Source: Octopus sinensis (Eukaryota). Taken from it: a stretch of 40,724 bases of DNA. Position 1 is the first letter of the stretch; each line of letters starts with the position of its first letter. Below, one piece after another: positions 35,190 to 40,724 of this stretch. Location: the NCBI RefSeq assembly GCF_006345805.1, contig NW_021835520.1:1-40724 (forward strand), given 5' to 3'. The notes beneath the pieces were generated by a model. The model saw only the letters and a list, made by a program, of their open reading frames with translations, was not told the origin of the DNA and made no database searches. A program made the translations under genes and the position numbers.

Positions 35190-35870
35190 TTTGGTTGGTT
35201 GGTTGGTAAGTTGGTTGGTTGGTTGGTTGGTTGGTTGGTTGGTTGGTTGGTTGTTGGTTGGTTGGTTGGTTGGTTGGTGGTTGGTTGGTTGGTTGGTTGG
35301 TTGGTTGGTTGGTTGGTTGGTTGGTTGTTGGTTGGTTGGTTGGTTGGTTGGTTGGTTGGTTGGTTGGTTGGTTGGTTGGTTGGTTGGTCGGTCGGTTGGC
35401 TGGCTGGTTGGTAGGTTAGTAGGTTGGTTGGTTGGTTGGTTGGTTGGTAGGTTAGTAGGTTGGTTGGCTGGTTGGTTGGTTGGTTGGCTGTTTGTTTGTT
35501 TGGTTAGTAGGTTGGTTGTTCGGTTGGTTGGCTGGTTGGTTGGTTGGTTGGTTTGTTGGTTGGTTGGTCGGTCGGTTGGCTGGCTGGTTGGTTGGTAGGT
35601 TAGTAGGTTGGTTTGTTAGTTGGTTGGTTGGTTGGTTGGTTGGTTGGTTGGTTGGTTGGTGGTTGGTTGGTTGGTTGGTTGGTTGGTTGGTTGGTTGGTT
35701 GGCTGGTTGGTTGGCTGGTTGTTTGTTTCGTTAGTTGGCTGGCTGGTTGGTTGGTTGTTGGTGGTTTGGCTGGTTGTTTGTTTGGTTAGTAGGTTGGTTG
35801 GCTGGCTGGTTGGTAGGTTGGTTGGTTGGTTGGTTGGTTGGTCAGCCGGTCAGTCGGTCGGTCGGTTGGT
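35190..35870. repeat. (TTGG)n tetranucleotide satellite
   Basis: About 680 bp of GGTT with variants; source of the LVGW ORFs. Confidence 0.95.
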
Positions 35871-36179
35871 TATGTGTTATCATCCCGTTACGTGCATTAT
35901 ACATAACACCTTGTACCTCTTGTCTTCTGCTGATTTTACTTCCCCAGAGTTTCATATCTGCTTGAAAAGTATCTCTCAGTATCATCATCATCATCATCAT
36001 CATCACTATCATCATTATTGTTGCTACTTTTGTTTTCTTTTTTGTTTTTTTTTTACATTTTCCCTTGAATATTTTTTCCGCGCATTTGTCGTTGCTGTGG
36101 TTCTCTTTTCTTTACTTTCCCAATATCAGTAAAAATCTTGTTAAAACGAAAGATGTGAGAAATGTTTTTGAATGTTTCT

Positions 36180-36196
36180 TTTCTCTCTCTCTCTCC

Positions 36197-36239
<43 letters not shown>

Positions 36240-36385
36240 ATAAGTTAAAAATAAAAAATGGAATTAACATTGCATATCAAAAATTGATTAAAAATCCGTG
36301 TCAAATTCCATTCCGGTTGCATCGAAGCAAACCGTTATTTATGCTTCCTTTATTATAATTGTTATTATTATTATTATTATTATTA

Positions 36386-36424
<39 letters not shown>

Positions 36425-36483
36425 TACTATTTTTATTATTATTATTTATTAATTTATTTATCATTACTATTATTATTATTTAC

Positions 36484-36531
<48 letters not shown>

Positions 36532-36682
36532 TACTATTATTGTTATTATTATTTATTTATTATTATTATTATTATTATTTATTGTTATTCTTATCATCAT
36601 AATCATCATCATCCTTATTATTATCATCACTATCGTTATTATTGTTAGTAGTAGTAGTGGTGGTGGTTGTGGTGGTGGTGGT

Positions 36683-36724
<42 letters not shown>

Positions 36725-36725
36725 T
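36180..36725. repeat. (CT)n then (TAT)n/(CAT)n/(TAG)n microsatellites
   Basis: CT run at about 36181-36237; trinucleotide runs at about 36350-36725. Confidence 0.9.
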
Positions 36726-37250
36726 ATTTCTTATATAGTTTTTTTCCTTTGTCTTATTGTCTTCACATTTTGCCTCGCCTCGTTGTCTGATCGTTCACTG
36801 GCGTTTTGCTCAATCGATTCTACCACATACTAAACCAACAGTCAGACTTCTATACTCAACCACCTACTTCCCTACCCCCCCCACCTACCAACCAACCAAC
36901 AAATCTACCTAATCAACCCTGCTAATCTACTCTGTGTACATGTCTACATATCAATATGCTTCTTTCCGTCGCTAAACGTTTGCTACAAGACAAACGTTTT
37001 AGTTGTTTCTAAGCTGATAAGAAATCTTAAATTTCCTCTTTTTTTGCTTCGCTACCAACTTGTGTTTCTCCCTCATCAGGACTTTGCCCATTTCAATAAT
37101 TCTCCCATATTAATGGGTATATTAGTATACTCTCAAATAGTAATGTCTAACAAAAGAATTTAAACACGTATCGCATCTTTGGTCTTCGAATAATGGCGCA
37201 GGTAATTATATTCAAACGTATTTTAGCAGTATTCTTTTATTCGTTTATTA

Positions 37251-37631
37251 TTATTCTTGTTTCAGTTATTTGACTGCGGCCATGCTGGAGCACCGCCTTT
37301 AGTCGAGCAAATAGACCCCCAAGTATTATTCGTTGTAAGCCCAGTACTTATACTATCAGTTTGTTTAGCCGAACCACTAAGTTCCGAGGACGTAAACACA
37401 CCAGCATCGGTTTCAAGCGATGGTGGTGAGACACAAACAGACACACACAAACATATACATACATATATATATATAACGGGCTTCTTTTAGTTTCCGTCTA
37501 CCAAATTCACTCACAAGGCTTTGGTCGGCCCGAGGCTATATTAGAAGACACTTGCCCCAGGTGTCACACAGTGGGATTGAACCCGGGACCATGTGGTCGG
37601 TAAGCAACCTTCTTACCACACACCACTTCTG
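37251..37631 (-). mobile_element. SINE family A, near full length
   Basis: Tail CTTGTTTCAGTTATTTGACTGCGGCC through head TTACCACACACCACTTCTG. Confidence 0.9.
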
Positions 37632-37749
37632 AAACGATAGGAAGTACAGGTTATTCAAAGAGTCTCTCCACAGAAAATATTCTAGTGCAAAATAAATATT
37701 TATAAGATGGTATAAGACTACAGAAGAATATATATGACTTTATAAGACT

Positions 37750-38030
37750 TAAAAAACTTTATAAAAGGTGTTGAAAGTGTCGTCCTTCATTTTCAATACA
37801 TAAGTTGACTCTTCTACAGATGTTTTGAAATACAGCTTGGAGAGTCTGACGTGGTATGTACCGTATGAAGGTTACGATTGCGTTCTTTAGCTCAGTAATG
37901 GTTTGCGGGCGATTCTTATACATTGATCCTTTTTTGCTCCCCAGAAAAAAAAAAGTCTGGCGGCGTTAAATCAGGTGATCTTGGTGGTCAAAGCCCCTTC
38001 GAAATAATCCGTTCACCGAAAACATGAAAA
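37750..38030 (-). mobile_element. IS630-Tc1-mariner transposase C-terminal remnant
   Basis: Minus frames FGERIISKGL*PPRSPDLTPPDFF.WG...MYKNRPQTITELKNAI...CIENEGRHFQHLL* (WPPRSPDLTP.DFFLWG and GGHFEHLL-type motifs). Confidence 0.8.
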
Positions 38031-38543
38031 AAATTCACTGCCGAGAGACTTCTTGAACGCCCTCTATAATGAAGTAAGACCTATTTATTTAAAAATAAAA
38101 AATTAGGTAGAGTTTAAGAATATGGATGACGTTTAAAAGAATTGCAGTAGAACAGTTCTTGATTATGATAAATTTATTAAGGAATATTTTATTCACTCGA
38201 TTTATTTACAAACAACTACTATTCATCTACATATGTGTATGCATAGGTGTATATATATATCGTTGTTATTATGCAAAAGTGTTGTAAGACCAAAACGTTG
38301 TTTATTCAGGAAAGCTGAAAAATAGTTTCACCATTCCATAGCAAAACCGTTGAATTTTTACGTAACTTCGATATGGGTAAGAGTGTGTAACCTTTGATGC
38401 CAATAACTTGTTATTATTCCTGATTGTACACTGTTCACCTTTTTGTTCACTATACCTGCTACGAACTGCTCGATGCTTACAAGCTTCCTACACTTGTATC
38501 CTTGGATCGTGTGTGTGTATGTGAAATTATAATAAAAGCAATT

Positions 38544-39069
38544 TAATACATACGCGGTGAAGCTATACATTAGCACCGTATTTTTACGTTCGCTATTTCC
38601 AGTAAATATCGGTACTTAGTTGTGCCATTTATTTACTACTTTGTGTATTTTTCCCTCACGGGCTATTCTTTACTGGAAGGCGATACTTTGTATTGCATTA
38701 CTAATTTATTGAAGCTTCTTCACCGTTTTTCGTACTGTTAGCGTTCCGCGTTTCAGTCGAAGGTAACAGTATTAATGTGGTAACATCGTAGATTTCGTCA
38801 TGGTATATGCTTGGCTGATGAAGATAGAATAAGATATGGGTGAGAGACATATCTTGTAAAATCTGAAACCTGCAGGTCCCACATCATCCTTTTCCGGGTA
38901 TTTCATCTTTCAGATGTTCTCCCTGGAGGTAAGACGTTTTTCTCTAGTTTGTTGCACCACGCATTTTACTAATACATACGCGGTGAAGCTATACATTAGC
39001 GTCTTTATTTTTACGTTCGCTATTTCCAGTAAATCGGTACTTAGTTGTGCCATTTATTTACTACTTTGT
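38544..39069 (+). repeat. ~100-bp direct repeat pair (38544-38644, 38970-39069)
   Basis: TAATACATACGCGGTGAAGCTATACATTAGC...TTCCAGTAAAT..CGGTACTTAGTTGTGCCATTTATTTACTACTTTGT occurs twice. Confidence 0.85.
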
Positions 39070-40112
39070 ATATATATAATAATATATATATATTATATAT
39101 ATATATATATATAGTGTTTTATATTTCTAATGTCTTAGTTCATATATGCCTATTTCACAATTAGTTCTAATTTATTTACCTGTTAAAGTGTTTCTATATT
39201 ATCAGTTTATAGGGAAGCGTTTACTGAAAGCGTCAAGAAGTTGTTTTTTTTTCCCATATGTTGGACTTGTTTCCCTTATCGCACAAACATTCGGAACTTG
39301 ACCTCCTCTTCTCCCCTTCCTTTTGAATAAAGCACAAGATCACGTCTGAAGATTGACCACGTCATCCTTTTAAATTTGAAACTCAAATTGGTGATAGCCT
39401 AGCCTTAAGCACAAAACTTTGAGAGATACTCGTGTAAGCTGTTGGTTATCCAAGACATCTTCCTATGCTGCTTTCGTGTCTTCCGTGGGTATCATTCTCA
39501 TCTTAACCGTAACATGCTTTTTCACGCTATCTGATGCCTTATCTCAAAGCAAAATAACAAGTTTGAACATAAAAGAGGAAAATATTTTGTTTATGCCATC
39601 GTTAGTTTGTTTTTCCTGCTCGGCTTGTCATTTATCTTAACACTCTTTTGGCAAAGTAGCCGAAGCGTTTTAATTTCGCATTCTCTTCTTTGTATTTACC
39701 CTCTGTGTATCATTGTAACAATTGGTATAGTACCATCATGCATTCTACTTTACGCTGTATTGAATGCTCTTATTTTTGTTCACATCAGCAGCACGGTCAC
39801 CCTCTCATGTTCTCCCTACGTCGACATTAGTGTACATATAAAACTGTAATTTTGTCAGGAAGGTATGCTGCCCTTAAAACATACTCATTAGTTGTATTTC
39901 ACTTCAGGTTTATTGTCGATTAATTTGATAATTAATTAAATAATTAGTAAATAAATAAATAGATTGATTAATTAATTTGTTAAACTCCTTTCGCACAGCC
40001 TATGAACTTTTAAAAGCCGACATGTCTGTTCTTTATTTATTGTCATGACCAGAGATTAATTTTGTTTTACTGTTTACATATATATCGTGTTTGTTTGTTG
40101 TTTGTTCCTTCT

Positions 40113-40330
40113 CGAGACATGCCTGGCTCATAAGGGCTGGTTTCCCGGTTTCTTTGGCGTATAGGTTCCTCACCTGGACGGGACACTGGTCCGTCACAGG
40201 TGAGATGCAAGATGCAAGATGCAGGAGGAAAGAGTAAGAGAAAGTTGTGGCGAAAGAGTCAGCAGAAGTTCGCCATTACCTTCTGCCGGAGCTGCGTGGA
40301 GCTTAGGTGTTTCGCTCATAAACACACACA
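40113..40330 (-). mobile_element. SINE related to family C with a different (V-domain-like) 3' module
   Basis: Shares ACTCTTTCGCCACAACTT and GAGCGAAACACCTAAGC with 12849-13157, but continues with CCTGTGACGGACCAGTGTCCCGTCCAGG. Confidence 0.6.
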
Positions 40331-40724
40331 TCGCTCCACATATATCGTGTGTGTATATGTGTGTGTGATTTTTAACTGTAGTGACACGGGGGCCGGCGGT
40401 TGGTGTGAAGGTGTATATGCATGCTTATATGAATGAAAATGAATGCTGATGTCTATGGAGTGCTTTTCTTTCTGAACTTTTGTTGAACCTCTTGAATTTT
40501 GGATTAACTAAATTAGATGCAATCGACTTAATTACTCGTAGATAACAGTATAAAAACTACTGACAAGCCATATCAAACCCCTCTGTCAAGCCATGTCAAA
40601 CCAGTGTGACAAAGTAGGCTCGTCAAACCAGTATTCTCAAGCCAAACTTCACGGCTTCCACATCGTACCGTGGTTGGTGGAGGAAATATACTGAGGCCTT
40701 TATCCTGAACACAGGCAATCCAAT

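Noticed and set aside
39250-39830. Minus-strand, highly decayed RTE-like RT
   Set aside because: Motif matches are fragmentary and need many frameshifts; unsupported without alignment.

Overview
AT-rich, repeat-saturated animal non-coding DNA (intergenic or deep intronic) with no supportable host protein-coding gene. The tRNA-derived SINE families resemble those described from octopus, so a cephalopod (Octopus) origin is inferred but not verified. The window is a mosaic of: two abundant SINE families (A: CORE-like with an internal TA/CA tract; B: GCCTTTCATCCTTTCGGGGTCGAT domain); remnants of R4/Dong, RTE and CR1/L2-type LINEs; Penelope-like termini; Tc1/mariner fragments and MITEs; a non-autonomous Helitron; and long microsatellites, which explain most of the supplied ORFs. 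Most notable observations: (1) a head-to-tail SINE B dimer that transposed as one unit at three independent loci, each with target-site duplications around the whole dimer, one of them 53 bp; (2) a ~1.02 kb tandem duplication whose breakpoints lie in SINE heads; (3) two minimal type-I hammerhead ribozyme motifs in Penelope-like ends; (4) two near-perfect ~110-130 bp palindromes and a 351-bp near-identical inverted pair that could form dsRNA; (5) a MITE carrying TTAGGG repeats and a G-quadruplex motif; (6) stacks of R4/Dong 3' ends in ACAT and AAT microsatellites. Family names come from motif recognition by eye, and boundaries of degenerate elements are approximate.
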